Virus record (IMG/VR): IMGVR_UViG_3300046009_011911 | Coordinates: 15,238-79,237 of that record | From: a virus | Direction: 5' to 3' (one strand) | DNA: 64,000 bases | In this document: piece after piece, positions 46,347 through 54,651 of the stretch | Position numbering within the stretch: position 1 is the stretch's first letter | Layout of the letters: every line of letters starts with the position of its first letter | Notes under the pieces: model-generated | The model's input: the letters and a program-made list of their open reading frames with translations, nothing else | Database searches by the model: none | What the model was told of the DNA's origin: nothing | Translations under genes and position numbers: made by a program

Positions 46347-47354
46347 ATGAAAAAATTTTTAATGGCTATTGCAGCCACAGTATTTACAGTATCAGCACAG
46401 GCACAGATCACAGGCGCTGGTGCTACTTTCCCTTATCCAATCTATGCTAAATGGGCCGAAGCTTATCACAAAGAAAGTAAGATTGGCCTTAACTATCAGA
46501 GCATTGGTAGTTCAGGCGGTATACGTCAAATCAATGCCAAGACAGTAACGTTTGGAGCCAGCGATGCTCCAGTCAAAGGAGAGGATTTAGACAAAAATGG
46601 CCAGATACAGTTTCCTGCTATCATTGGGGGGACAGTTCCTATTGTAAATCTTGATGGATTTCAGCCGGGAGAACTACGCATTACTGGACCTGTTCTTGCT
46701 GAAGTATTCATGGGGAATATTACAAAATGGAATGATCCCAAACTCACTGTATTGAACCCAGGAAAGAGATTACCCGACATGCCTATCACTGTGGTTCATC
46801 GTGCTGACGGATCAGGGACAACCTTTAATTGGACAGATTATCTCACAGTGGTCAGTAAAGAGTGGGCAGATCGTGTTGGCCGCGGCGCAGCAGTCAAGTG
46901 GCCCGCTGCTAGTTCTGTAGGTGGAAAAGGCAACGAAGGTGTGGCTGCTAATGTTCGTAGAATAAAAGGATCAATTGGTTATGTAGAGTATGCATATGTT
47001 AAGAAAAACAACATGGTTCATATGAAACTGCAAAACCGAGATGGCAACTTTGTTGACCCTGATGACACATCATTTGCCGCAGCAGCCGCTGGTGCAGATT
47101 GGTTTAGTGTGCCCGGTATGGGTTTAAGCATTGTTGAACAACCAGGTAAAAACACTTGGCCGGTCAGTACTGCCAGTTTTATTATTATGTATAAAGAACC
47201 CACTGATAAAAAGGCCAGCCAGGAAGCAATTAAGTTTTTTGATTGGGCTTTTAAGAATGGTGCAAAAATGAGTGAAGATTTAGATTATGTACATTTGCCT
47301 GAATCTTTGCAAAACGAAATTCGTAAACGTGTTTGGAGTCAAATCCGGCACTAA
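46347..47354 (+). CDS. pstS: Phosphate ABC transporter substrate-binding protein
   Basis: GAGATFPYP, YQSIGSSGG, RADGSGTT, GKGNEGV, IGYVEYAY. Confidence 0.96.
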   Translation: MKKFLMAIAATVFTVSAQAQITGAGATFPYPIYAKWAEAYHKESKIGLNYQSIGSSGGIRQINAKTVTFGASDAPVKGEDLDKNGQIQFPAIIGGTVPIVNLDGFQPGELRITGPVLAEVFMGNITKWNDPKLTVLNPGKRLPDMPITVVHRADGSGTTFNWTDYLTVVSKEWADRVGRGAAVKWPAASSVGGKGNEGVAANVRRIKGSIGYVEYAYVKKNNMVHMKLQNRDGNFVDPDDTSFAAAAAGADWFSVPGMGLSIVEQPGKNTWPVSTASFIIMYKEPTDKKASQEAIKFFDWAFKNGAKMSEDLDYVHLPESLQNEIRKRVWSQIRH

Positions 47355-47370
47355 CTGTTTATTTGGGAAT

Positions 47371-47396
47371 AAAAAGGACCGCAAAGGTCCTTTTTT
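47371..47396 (+). terminator. Intrinsic terminator
   Basis: aaaaaggacc-gcaaa-ggtccttttt. Confidence 0.85.
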
Positions 47397-47434
47397 ATTG
47401 ACAACAATAGTATTTTTTGCTTTAATACATTATT

Positions 47435-47653
47435 ATGTCAAAAACTTCAATACCAAATTTTCTAGATGTATTTGAAAAAAGAATAGAACGCACTAAAGAA
47501 AAAATCAAAGAAGAACTCAAAAAAGATAAAAAAGATAGAGATAAAGAAAGTCTTAAACTTTTTTTAAAAGACATTAAGGATATTAGAAAAAGTGTAAGAG
47601 AAGCCAAAAAAGACCATATCAAAGTCTGTCCACACTGTGGTGGAAAACTTTGA
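47435..47653 (+). CDS. Basic coiled-coil protein with C-terminal CPHCG
   Basis: K/E-rich helix; TTGACA at 47398. Confidence 0.6.
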   Translation: MSKTSIPNFLDVFEKRIERTKEKIKEELKKDKKDRDKESLKLFLKDIKDIRKSVREAKKDHIKVCPHCGGKL

Positions 47654-47687
47654 CAAATTATTTGAATTTAATTAAAATGTAACGTAA

Positions 47688-47810
47688 ATGAAAACAGTAA
47701 TATTTTGGTTCGGCGCTATGATTGCAACCCTATTTGTGTTGGGATCATTCAACATAGGAAATTTTGTTCTCTATTATGGTCCAGATAAAATGTCTTGTGT
47801 AAAGGAATGA
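47688..47810 (+). CDS. 40-aa membrane peptide (not in ORF track)
   Basis: MKTVIFWFGAM...; TTGACA(47650)-17-TAAAAT upstream. Confidence 0.5.
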   Translation: MKTVIFWFGAMIATLFVLGSFNIGNFVLYYGPDKMSCVKE

Positions 47811-47811
47811 A

Positions 47812-48081
47812 ATGAACAAACAGATAAAACTACTTGGTGACCAAGCAAGAACGTACTATCCCGGAACAAAATTGTCTGGGGAATACTGGGTATTTGATGA
47901 ACAAAAATTTGCCGAGCTAATTAAACAGGCAATTTACGATCAGGTAAAAGATGAACTGATCCCCGATGAGCTTATTGCTAAAGAACCGCCAGAATGGCAA
48001 CAATATCTTCGAGGCTGTAATGCTGGCACTGTGGATGCTTTGACTCATATCAAAAACTTTGGGGTAGACATTGAACTCTGA
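47812..48081 (+). CDS. FGVE-family small protein
   Basis: MNKQIKLL...QKFAELI...IKNFGVD. Confidence 0.65.
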   Translation: MNKQIKLLGDQARTYYPGTKLSGEYWVFDEQKFAELIKQAIYDQVKDELIPDELIAKEPPEWQQYLRGCNAGTVDALTHIKNFGVDIEL

Positions 48082-48262
48082 TCAAATTTTAGGCTACAGT
48101 AGAACTGGAGATCCAATCTACCCTCCACAAAAAGGACAGATCACAACCAAGGCTTTTATTCTTTGTGATCGTTGCCAAGCAGTGATTAGCCCAGTAATGG
48201 GACCGAGATACGGTAGTCTTTGCGTTCGTTGTTATACTAGGGAAGAACAAAGTGAACAGTAA
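48071..48262 (+). CDS. Small Zn-finger protein
   Basis: CDRC...CVRC. Confidence 0.5.
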   Translation: MNSDQILGYSRTGDPIYPPQKGQITTKAFILCDRCQAVISPVMGPRYGSLCVRCYTREEQSEQ

Positions 48263-48500
48263 AATTATTCAATTAATTGAACAAGCAGGTTTCTGTCTAT
48301 GGCAAAATGAAAGTTGGAATCCTGGAGATGTAGTTGACTGGAGTGTTAGGTATGATGATGAACTGAAAGCCTTAATTGGATTAATCATCAACGAATGCCA
48401 AGATGTCTGTGTTCGTACTGGTCAATTAGAAATGCAACCTGCTGACGGTGAAATGTATGCTAATGCCATTCGAGAACATTTTGAGATAAATGATGAATAA
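48252..48500 (+). CDS. FGVE-family small protein
   Basis: MNSKIIQL...LIINECQDVC...IREHFEI. Confidence 0.6.
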   Translation: MNSKIIQLIEQAGFCLWQNESWNPGDVVDWSVRYDDELKALIGLIINECQDVCVRTGQLEMQPADGEMYANAIREHFEINDE

Positions 48501-48669
48501 TCCTGAACAAGATATTGTATATCGACTGAAAAAAAGAGCAGAGATACGTAGACAAATTCCTAGTCGCAAAAGTGTTCAAGAAGGCCGTCCGGATCGTATC
48601 GCTGATATCTTAGAAGAAGCGGCCACAGAAATAGAAAGGCTTAGAAATGAGATATTACAGTTACAATGA
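48490..48669 (+). CDS. 59-aa hypothetical protein (not in ORF track)
   Basis: DIVYRLKKRAEIRRQI...DRIADILEEAATEIERLR. Confidence 0.6.
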   Translation: MMNNPEQDIVYRLKKRAEIRRQIPSRKSVQEGRPDRIADILEEAATEIERLRNEILQLQ

Positions 48670-48877
48670 ATACGATCCAGGAAGCCCCTTAGCAGATGAA
48701 ACAGGCGGCTACATAGTTACTAAATCGGAAAAAGAAATTCGTAGTGAATACTGGCCCTATTGGTATCAACGAATGTGTGATAAATTTGGTAAATTTGAAG
48801 TTGATCGAAAATTTACTTTTGAAGATTGTCTCCACGATTGGATCATTGTAAATTGGGCATGGCAAGTTGACAAGTAA
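48647..48877 (+). CDS. Hypothetical protein
   Basis: Operon geometry. Confidence 0.6.
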   Translation: MRYYSYNEYDPGSPLADETGGYIVTKSEKEIRSEYWPYWYQRMCDKFGKFEVDRKFTFEDCLHDWIIVNWAWQVDK

Positions 48878-48886
48878 GAGGTAGTA

Positions 48887-49123
48887 TTGATTAACAGATT
48901 TAACGAAATAACGCAATGGATTGGTGCCTGCACCATTATTGCTGGTCATGTACTAAATTCGATTGGGCCTACAGTTTATCCTTTTAATATCATTGCATTT
49001 TTAATTGGTACTATAGCTTTTTTGATTTGGAGTGTAAGAGTACATAATCGCCCGCAATTGGTGGTCAACATTGTGGCCCTGCTGATAGGCATAGTAGGGA
49101 TAATTAGAGCTATTATAAATTAG
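48887..49123 (+). CDS. Small 3-TM membrane protein
   Basis: Hydrophobic; SD GAGG with TTG start. Confidence 0.6.
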   Translation: MINRFNEITQWIGACTIIAGHVLNSIGPTVYPFNIIAFLIGTIAFLIWSVRVHNRPQLVVNIVALLIGIVGIIRAIIN

Positions 49124-49130
49124 GAACAAA

Positions 49131-49583
49131 ATGGACAACGGCAAATATCAAGTTTTATGTGAAAAATTTCCTAAAATTTTTAATGTGACAGATAACAATC
49201 CCAAGATGCCATTTCCGATGTTTGGATTTGAGTGTGGCGATGGTTGGTTTCATATAGTCGACGCATTGTGCTTTCAAATTCAAAATCATATTGATTGGAA
49301 CAACAGCCAGCGGGAACGTTTGTTACAAGACAATTCCTATAACGTTAATATTTCCAAAGAAATAACTCAAGTAGTGGTAGATCAAATTAAAGAAAAATAT
49401 GGTACTTTGAGATTTTACTATCACGGTGGGGACGAAAGAATTGATGGCATGGTCAGAATGGCTGAAGCAATGAGCGCAACAACCTGTGAGATATGCGGGA
49501 ATTTGGGACATCTGAGAGGAGGAAGTTGGGTTTACACTGCCTGCGATCAACACACCCGTCCGGAAGATTTGGTTGACAAATAA
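49131..49583 (+). CDS. Conserved hypothetical protein with Zn-binding C-terminus
   Basis: FECGDGW, QIKEKYGTLRFY, TCEICG...TACDQH. Confidence 0.7.
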   Translation: MDNGKYQVLCEKFPKIFNVTDNNPKMPFPMFGFECGDGWFHIVDALCFQIQNHIDWNNSQRERLLQDNSYNVNISKEITQVVVDQIKEKYGTLRFYYHGGDERIDGMVRMAEAMSATTCEICGNLGHLRGGSWVYTACDQHTRPEDLVDK

Positions 49584-49631
49584 TAATAAATTTTATATAA
49601 TTTGGTTATAGTAAACAACAGGGATAACTAG

Positions 49632-49817
49632 ATGATTCGGTTGACCCCATATGAACGTGTAGCTGCCAATCTTCTTCGTGGCCAACCCAAACCCAAACCT
49701 TTTGGAAAATTGGTCAACGGACAATTTCTTCGTGGCACCAAAAGTCTGCATTGGACCAAACAGTCTAGAATGTGGCGCACATTTTGGCGCCTAAAACTCA
49801 ATAGAAATTTTGGTTGA
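49632..49817 (+). CDS. Basic early protein
   Basis: Between promoter cassettes. Confidence 0.6.
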   Translation: MIRLTPYERVAANLLRGQPKPKPFGKLVNGQFLRGTKSLHWTKQSRMWRTFWRLKLNRNFG

Positions 49818-49873
49818 CAAATATTCCATTATTTCATATAATATTGGTATAGTAAGCAAACAAGGAACTAACG

Positions 49874-50227
49874 ATGAGCATGAATGTGTACATCACCGCA
49901 AGTCGTAAGATCACTTTTAAGAAAAAGAACGGCCAGCGTGGTGGCGGAATTCAAACCGTTAAGTTCGATGCTTGGCAGACTCCCACTAACGTAACCTATG
50001 AGATCGTCAAGAGTGCCGATCCCCAGCAGGCCTATACCAATTGGATTCTCACTGAACGAAGCCAGGATGAAGACGTGCTGATCTACGCTGAGGACGATAT
50101 CTTCGGTGAGTATGTACCTGTGGGTAGGAAGACCTATAATCCAGGCAAAGAACATGTTGAAAAGTTCCGTGAGTGGGTCCAAGAGGTTGAGGAAGAAGGC
50201 TACACCGTCAAATTTGAAGTGATGTAA
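49874..50227 (+). CDS. Early hypothetical protein
   Basis: SD AAGGA; WQTPT motif. Confidence 0.7.
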   Translation: MSMNVYITASRKITFKKKNGQRGGGIQTVKFDAWQTPTNVTYEIVKSADPQQAYTNWILTERSQDEDVLIYAEDDIFGEYVPVGRKTYNPGKEHVEKFREWVQEVEEEGYTVKFEVM

Positions 50228-50302
50228 AATACAATTTGGTTGACAAATAATCCATTATTTCATATAATATTGGTATTGTAAGTAATCCAACTGGAGTTTG
50301 AA

Positions 50303-50716
50303 ATGGCCTACATGAGTCAAGAACGCAAAGCTAAGATTGCACCCGTTGTCAAAGCGATTTGCCAAAAATATGGCATCAAAGCTAGGCTCAGTGTGCATAA
50401 TCACAGCACCTTGGTCCTTAATATTACCCAAGGTGATATCGACTTCATTTACAACTTTAACAAAACCTGTTCGGCCAACCCTTATTACTTGGCCAAAGGT
50501 TGGAGCCCTTGCACCAGCAATTATATCAGCGTGAATCCCTATCACTTCAAAGATCATTTTTCTGGTCGGGCATTGGAGTTCTTGAAGGAAGTTCATACTG
50601 CAATGATGGCAGGCAATCACGATAATAGCGATATTCAGTCCGACTACTTTGATGTGGGTTGGTACGTAGACATCAACATCGGTCGTTGGGATCGCCCCTA
50701 TGCTCTGGTGAAATAA
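50303..50716 (+). CDS. Conserved phage early protein
   Basis: MAYMSQERKAKIAP...SDIQSDYFDVGWY. Confidence 0.75.
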   Translation: MAYMSQERKAKIAPVVKAICQKYGIKARLSVHNHSTLVLNITQGDIDFIYNFNKTCSANPYYLAKGWSPCTSNYISVNPYHFKDHFSGRALEFLKEVHTAMMAGNHDNSDIQSDYFDVGWYVDINIGRWDRPYALVK

Positions 50717-50733
50717 TTAAAAGGAAATTCAGT

Positions 50734-51705
50734 ATGCGCAAGTTGGCTTCTATTCGTCGAATCGATGCTATCCAACCCATCCCGGGTGCAGATGCGATTG
50801 AATGTGCCATTGTGGGTGGATGGAGTGTAGTTATCAAGCGTGGTGAATTCCAAGCGGGAGATCTTGCTGTTTACTGTGAGATCGACAGTTGGATCCCACA
50901 CGAACTGGCACCATTCCTTAGCAAAGGCCAAGAACCCAGGGAATACAACGGCGTCAAAGGCGAACGTCTTCGTACCGTGAAACTTCGGGGTCAAGTAAGT
51001 CAAGGTCTTTTGATTCCTGCTTTGGGCACGTTCCCTGCGGGAACCGATATGACTGAAGCTTTGGGCATTCAAAAATGGGAAGCTCCGGTGCCTGCTCAAT
51101 TGGCTGGAGATGTTCGCGGTGCTTTTCCTTCTTTTGTTCCCAAGACAGATCAGGAACGTATTCAAAACATTGACTACAATGATGTTGCCAATCGGACTTG
51201 GGAAGTTACTGAAAAATTGGACGGCAGTTCAATGACTGTGTACTTCAAGGATGGTGATTTTGGTGTTTGCAGTCGTAATTGGAATCTGCGCGAATCTGTC
51301 GGTAACAGTCTCTGGCAACAGGCCCGGAAATATAATTTGGAAACTGTGTTGACCCGTGAAGGCAATTATGCTGTTCAAGGTGAATTGATCGGAGAAGGTA
51401 TCCAAGGCAATCCCTACCGGATCCGTGGGCAGGACTTCTATGTCTACGATGTCTACGACATTAACGAAATGCGATATCTCACACCTACGGAGAGGTTGGC
51501 CTTTGTAGAGCGTAACGGTCTCAAGTCAGTGCCTGTGATTGAGAGGAGTCGTCCTACCCCTGCCAGCATACAAGACATCCTACAGGATGCTGAAGGCAAA
51601 AGTGTGCTTAACGCAAGCACCGAGCGAGAGGGATTGGTTTACAAAAGCAATGGTGTAATTAGCTTCAAGGCTATTAGTAATCGGTTTTTGCTGAAAGGTA
51701 ATTAA
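50734..51705 (+). CDS. RNA ligase, DRB0094-like family
   Basis: MRKLASI...PIPGADAIE, PKTDQERIQN, TEKLDGSS, QGELIG, EGLVYK, FKAISN. Confidence 0.9.
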   Translation: MRKLASIRRIDAIQPIPGADAIECAIVGGWSVVIKRGEFQAGDLAVYCEIDSWIPHELAPFLSKGQEPREYNGVKGERLRTVKLRGQVSQGLLIPALGTFPAGTDMTEALGIQKWEAPVPAQLAGDVRGAFPSFVPKTDQERIQNIDYNDVANRTWEVTEKLDGSSMTVYFKDGDFGVCSRNWNLRESVGNSLWQQARKYNLETVLTREGNYAVQGELIGEGIQGNPYRIRGQDFYVYDVYDINEMRYLTPTERLAFVERNGLKSVPVIERSRPTPASIQDILQDAEGKSVLNASTEREGLVYKSNGVISFKAISNRFLLKGN

Positions 51706-51706
51706 T

Positions 51707-51934
51707 ATGAATGAAAAAATTAAAAGTTTTATGTCGCAAGCTGGAACAGACACTAGTGGCAAATGGATGAGTGTGGACAATGCTGAAAAGTTTGCCGAGT
51801 TGATTATCAGAGAATGTATGCGAATGTGTGAAGTTGCCGAAGTAAGCCTTCTCACTCATGGTGTACATGAACAATCTTACGGTGCTGCTGATGCCAAACG
51901 ATATATCAGTGACTGGTTTGGAGTTGAATTGTGA
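51707..51934 (+). CDS. FGVE-family small protein
   Basis: MNEKIK...EKFAELIIRECM...WFGVEL. Confidence 0.7.
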   Translation: MNEKIKSFMSQAGTDTSGKWMSVDNAEKFAELIIRECMRMCEVAEVSLLTHGVHEQSYGAADAKRYISDWFGVEL

Positions 51935-52146
51935 ATGAAAATATTCGTAGAATTGGCAGAGAGTGTAAACTGTATGTTGAAGATCAACTCCCTTCTGGTT
52001 GGCCCAATGAAAATTTGATTGTGCTTGAAACTCTTGCACAGGAAGTTGCTCTAGAGTGTGCTCGTATTGTTACGGATGCGGTGGATCATCGTGAACCAGC
52101 CAGCACCTACGCTGACAAAATCAAACGACATTTTGGAATTGAGTAA
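51931..52146 (+). CDS. FGVE-family small protein
   Basis: MNENIRR...LECARIV...IKRHFGIE. Confidence 0.7.
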   Translation: MNENIRRIGRECKLYVEDQLPSGWPNENLIVLETLAQEVALECARIVTDAVDHREPASTYADKIKRHFGIE

Positions 52147-52646
52147 TGAGACTATACAATATGATTTCTGAACTTAAAGTTGCGTTGATTCTTATCGGAC
52201 CGCCGACAGTGATTGCAATTGGTTGTGCGGTTTGCGTGGTGATGGCAGTGATTGCAAAGGTGCTGTGATGAGCAAAGATTTTGCTGATGCGGCACTATAC
52301 TTGATGCTGCGTGCGGTGCAATTTGGCTTGCTGGCACTGGGCGTGTTTGTGTTTGTGGGACAACTGATTTGGGGGCTGCAATGAATGAAATTACTGTTTG
52401 GTTTTTTGTTGGTTGGATTGTAGGCATTCTATTTGGCTATGTTGTCTGGGCACCTGAAACACGATTCAAGCGTAATTTTGTGGATGGATTGACTTTGAGA
52501 TTTATTTGGGGTAGATTTGTAAAATGAACAAACAGACGAAAGAATTATCTTTTAAAGTTACAGAAAGAGAATTATTTACAGTATTATATCGTCTGCCCGC
52601 CAACGAACTGTATAGACTTATACCAGGATCGGATACACTGCAATGA
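52146..52646 (+). CDS. Chain of four coupled micro-ORFs (52146-52268, 52268-52384, 52381-52527, 52524-52646), first three single-TM
   Basis: 38-48 aa each, joined by TAATG/TGATG/ATGA overlaps with no gaps. Confidence 0.6.
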
Positions 52647-52879
52647 ATAACCGAATAAGACAACTGGCTGAACAAGCAACTACTTATATTGAGCCAACCG
52701 CAAATAGCGGCGAAGGATGGATCTTTGATAAAGAAAAGTTCGCCGAGTTGATTGTCAGGGAATGTGTTGACGTTGTTAGTAAGGTTCCAAACGGTTATCG
52801 TGATTACAGAAATCAAATCGAAGATGCTATGCGGGCTGATTGCCTACAAGCAATCCAAGAACATTTCGGAGTTGAATGA
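52643..52879 (+). CDS. FGVE-family small protein
   Basis: MNNRIRQLA...EKFAELIVRECV...IQEHFGVE. Confidence 0.75.
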   Translation: MNNRIRQLAEQATTYIEPTANSGEGWIFDKEKFAELIVRECVDVVSKVPNGYRDYRNQIEDAMRADCLQAIQEHFGVE

Positions 52880-53061
52880 TGATAAAGTTGGGTAAAGATA
52901 AAAACTTGACTCTTGATGAAATGATTGATTGTTTACATAATCCCACACCGGACAAGCGTAGCCTTGCTGAACTGGATACAGTAATTGATGAAATGATGGA
53001 ACGCAATCCCGAATGGGTCGAACATATCATGCGGATCGTTGAACAAGGTCAAAGAAAATGA
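52876..53061 (+). CDS. Hypothetical protein
   Basis: ATGA-coupled. Confidence 0.6.
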   Translation: MMIKLGKDKNLTLDEMIDCLHNPTPDKRSLAELDTVIDEMMERNPEWVEHIMRIVEQGQRK

Positions 53062-53282
53062 ACGAACGATTTCGAGAACTAGCACAGTTGGCTGTAGAGG
53101 ATGCTGCTAAGTATTGTCAACGACCTTTCGATCTCAGCCGAGAAGAAAACGAAACTTTTGCTCTTAGTTTCGCTGAGTTGATTGTAAAGGAAACTATGCA
53201 GGTTGTAGCAAATAATGTCGCATGGAATAGTTATCTAAATGCTGTGGAAGCAGTAATTGAACATTTCGGAGTTGAAGAATGA
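53058..53282 (+). CDS. FGVE-family small protein
   Basis: MNERFRELA...FAELIVKE...IEHFGVEE. Confidence 0.75.
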   Translation: MNERFRELAQLAVEDAAKYCQRPFDLSREENETFALSFAELIVKETMQVVANNVAWNSYLNAVEAVIEHFGVEE

Positions 53283-53623
53283 ACTACATCAAATGCCCCA
53301 AGTGTGGACGTGAAGAACCTGCATTTGATTATGCACATATCTGTGGTCCTTTAAAGGTAAAACCTAAAATGAACAAACGAATTCAAGAACTTTGGGACAA
53401 GGCTGCTGAATCTACAGCCGCTTATCCGAGTGGACAAAATAACTCTTGGGAAACTCAAGTAAACTTTATGAAAATGTTCGTAGAGTTGATTGTGCAAGAA
53501 TCAGCAAAAATTGCTGCTCAGGATCCTCTCTTTCTAAACCATGCGGAAAATGACAAGCATATGGAACGGGACATAATTAATCATTCTTTTAAAAAAATTA
53601 AAAAAGAATTTGGTATAAAATAA
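53279..53623 (+). CDS. Zn-knuckle fused to an FGVE-family module
   Basis: CPKC...HIC, then MNKRIQEL...FVELIVQE...IKKEFGIK. Confidence 0.65.
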   Translation: MNYIKCPKCGREEPAFDYAHICGPLKVKPKMNKRIQELWDKAAESTAAYPSGQNNSWETQVNFMKMFVELIVQESAKIAAQDPLFLNHAENDKHMERDIINHSFKKIKKEFGIK

Positions 53624-54039
53624 TGATAGACAATCAAAAAATAGATCGCTTCGGCAATCTTATGGTAGGTATTTTCCATAGATTGGCCTTGTTTGCTATC
53701 GGTGCTGCCACTGTTTGGGCTGCAATGTGGACATTTGTTGAAATGTTCGAAAAACATCATGCCACAGTCAGTGACCTTTTGTTGATGTTTATATATCTAG
53801 AAATTGGAGCTATGGTTGGTATTTACTTTAAGACCAATCATATGCCTGTGAGATTTCTACTCTATATTGCAATCACTGCATTGACTAGACATATGGTGGA
53901 TATTATGAGCCACTTGCCTATTAATATTAACGAAATGTTGGCAGTAGCAGGATCTACCCTATTGGTCGCAGTTTGTGTACTAATTATTAGGTACACCAGT
54001 AGCAAATTTCCCAGTGATCGCAGGGATGATGTGTCGTAA
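53623..54039 (+). CDS. psiE: Phosphate-starvation-inducible PsiE family membrane protein
   Basis: DLLLMFIYLEIGAMVGIYFKTNHMPVRFLLYIAITALTR. Confidence 0.88.
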   Translation: MIDNQKIDRFGNLMVGIFHRLALFAIGAATVWAAMWTFVEMFEKHHATVSDLLLMFIYLEIGAMVGIYFKTNHMPVRFLLYIAITALTRHMVDIMSHLPININEMLAVAGSTLLVAVCVLIIRYTSSKFPSDRRDDVS

Positions 54040-54057
54040 ATTTGCAACACTTTTGAC

Positions 54058-54109
54058 TTGACAAATAACCCAATTTCCGGTATAATTACTCTATACTGAA
54101 ATAACGGAG
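54058..54109 (+). promoter_or_regulatory. Early promoter/RBS cassette
   Basis: TTGACA(54058)-17-TATAAT(54081)...ACGGAG. Confidence 0.85.
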
Positions 54110-54115
54110 TAAAAA

Positions 54116-54289
54116 GTGTTTAACAAATACGAATTGAACTTGATCGATGAGGCTTTGTATTCACTTTATCTTAAAGAAGTTGCCAAACGAGAAAAACAAG
54201 GTTTGTGGCCCGAAACTATTAATGCTCAATTGAATGGATTGACAGATTTGCTTTTGAAAGTTAATCAAGCAAAACAAGGCGCAGTTTGA
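54116..54289 (+). CDS. 57-aa early protein (not in ORF track)
   Basis: GTG start after GGAG; MFNKYELNLIDE... Confidence 0.6.
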   Translation: MFNKYELNLIDEALYSLYLKEVAKREKQGLWPETINAQLNGLTDLLLKVNQAKQGAV

Positions 54290-54291
54290 TT

Positions 54292-54651
54292 ATGAAGTTT
54301 TATCAAGAGACAACTGAGTGGGGCAACAATACCCCCAATCATATCTATGTGCTCGATGACAGCAAGAGCAAGATGTTTGCTTATGTTCGTGCTGGAACTA
54401 AATCTGTTTTCAAATTCAAAACTCCGTTGCCTATCAGTACCCGGGGGCGAACATTTAAAGAAGTAAAAAATACTTTCGGGTTTAATCTAGAGGACGACGC
54501 ACCACAAGCAGAAAAATGGATTGTTACCGGTAGCAAGGGTGACAAGTATACAGTGCGGAAAATAGATGGTATTTTCCAATGTTCTTGCACTGGTTACAAA
54601 TATCATGGCAAGTGCAAACATGCAAAACAAATTGAGGATCAAGTAAAATGA
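54292..54651 (+). CDS. SWIM zinc-finger protein
   Basis: GSKGDKYTV...CSCTGY...KCKH. Confidence 0.75.
   Translation: MKFYQETTEWGNNTPNHIYVLDDSKSKMFAYVRAGTKSVFKFKTPLPISTRGRTFKEVKNTFGFNLEDDAPQAEKWIVTGSKGDKYTVRKIDGIFQCSCTGYKYHGKCKHAKQIEDQVK

Larger units (their letters stand above)
49573..50296 (+). repeat. Three more early promoter cassettes (49573, 49814, 50240)
   Basis: GGTTGACAAATA...-17-TATAAT...TGGT; same family as 36787. Confidence 0.85.

Noticed and set aside
48867-48895. TTGACA as another early promoter
   Set aside because: No acceptable -10 at 16-18 nt spacing
54031-54050. Imperfect palindrome GTGTCGTAAATTTGCAACAC upstream of an early promoter
   Set aside because: Single imperfect occurrence overlapping the psiE stop; cannot be supported as an operator from this window alone
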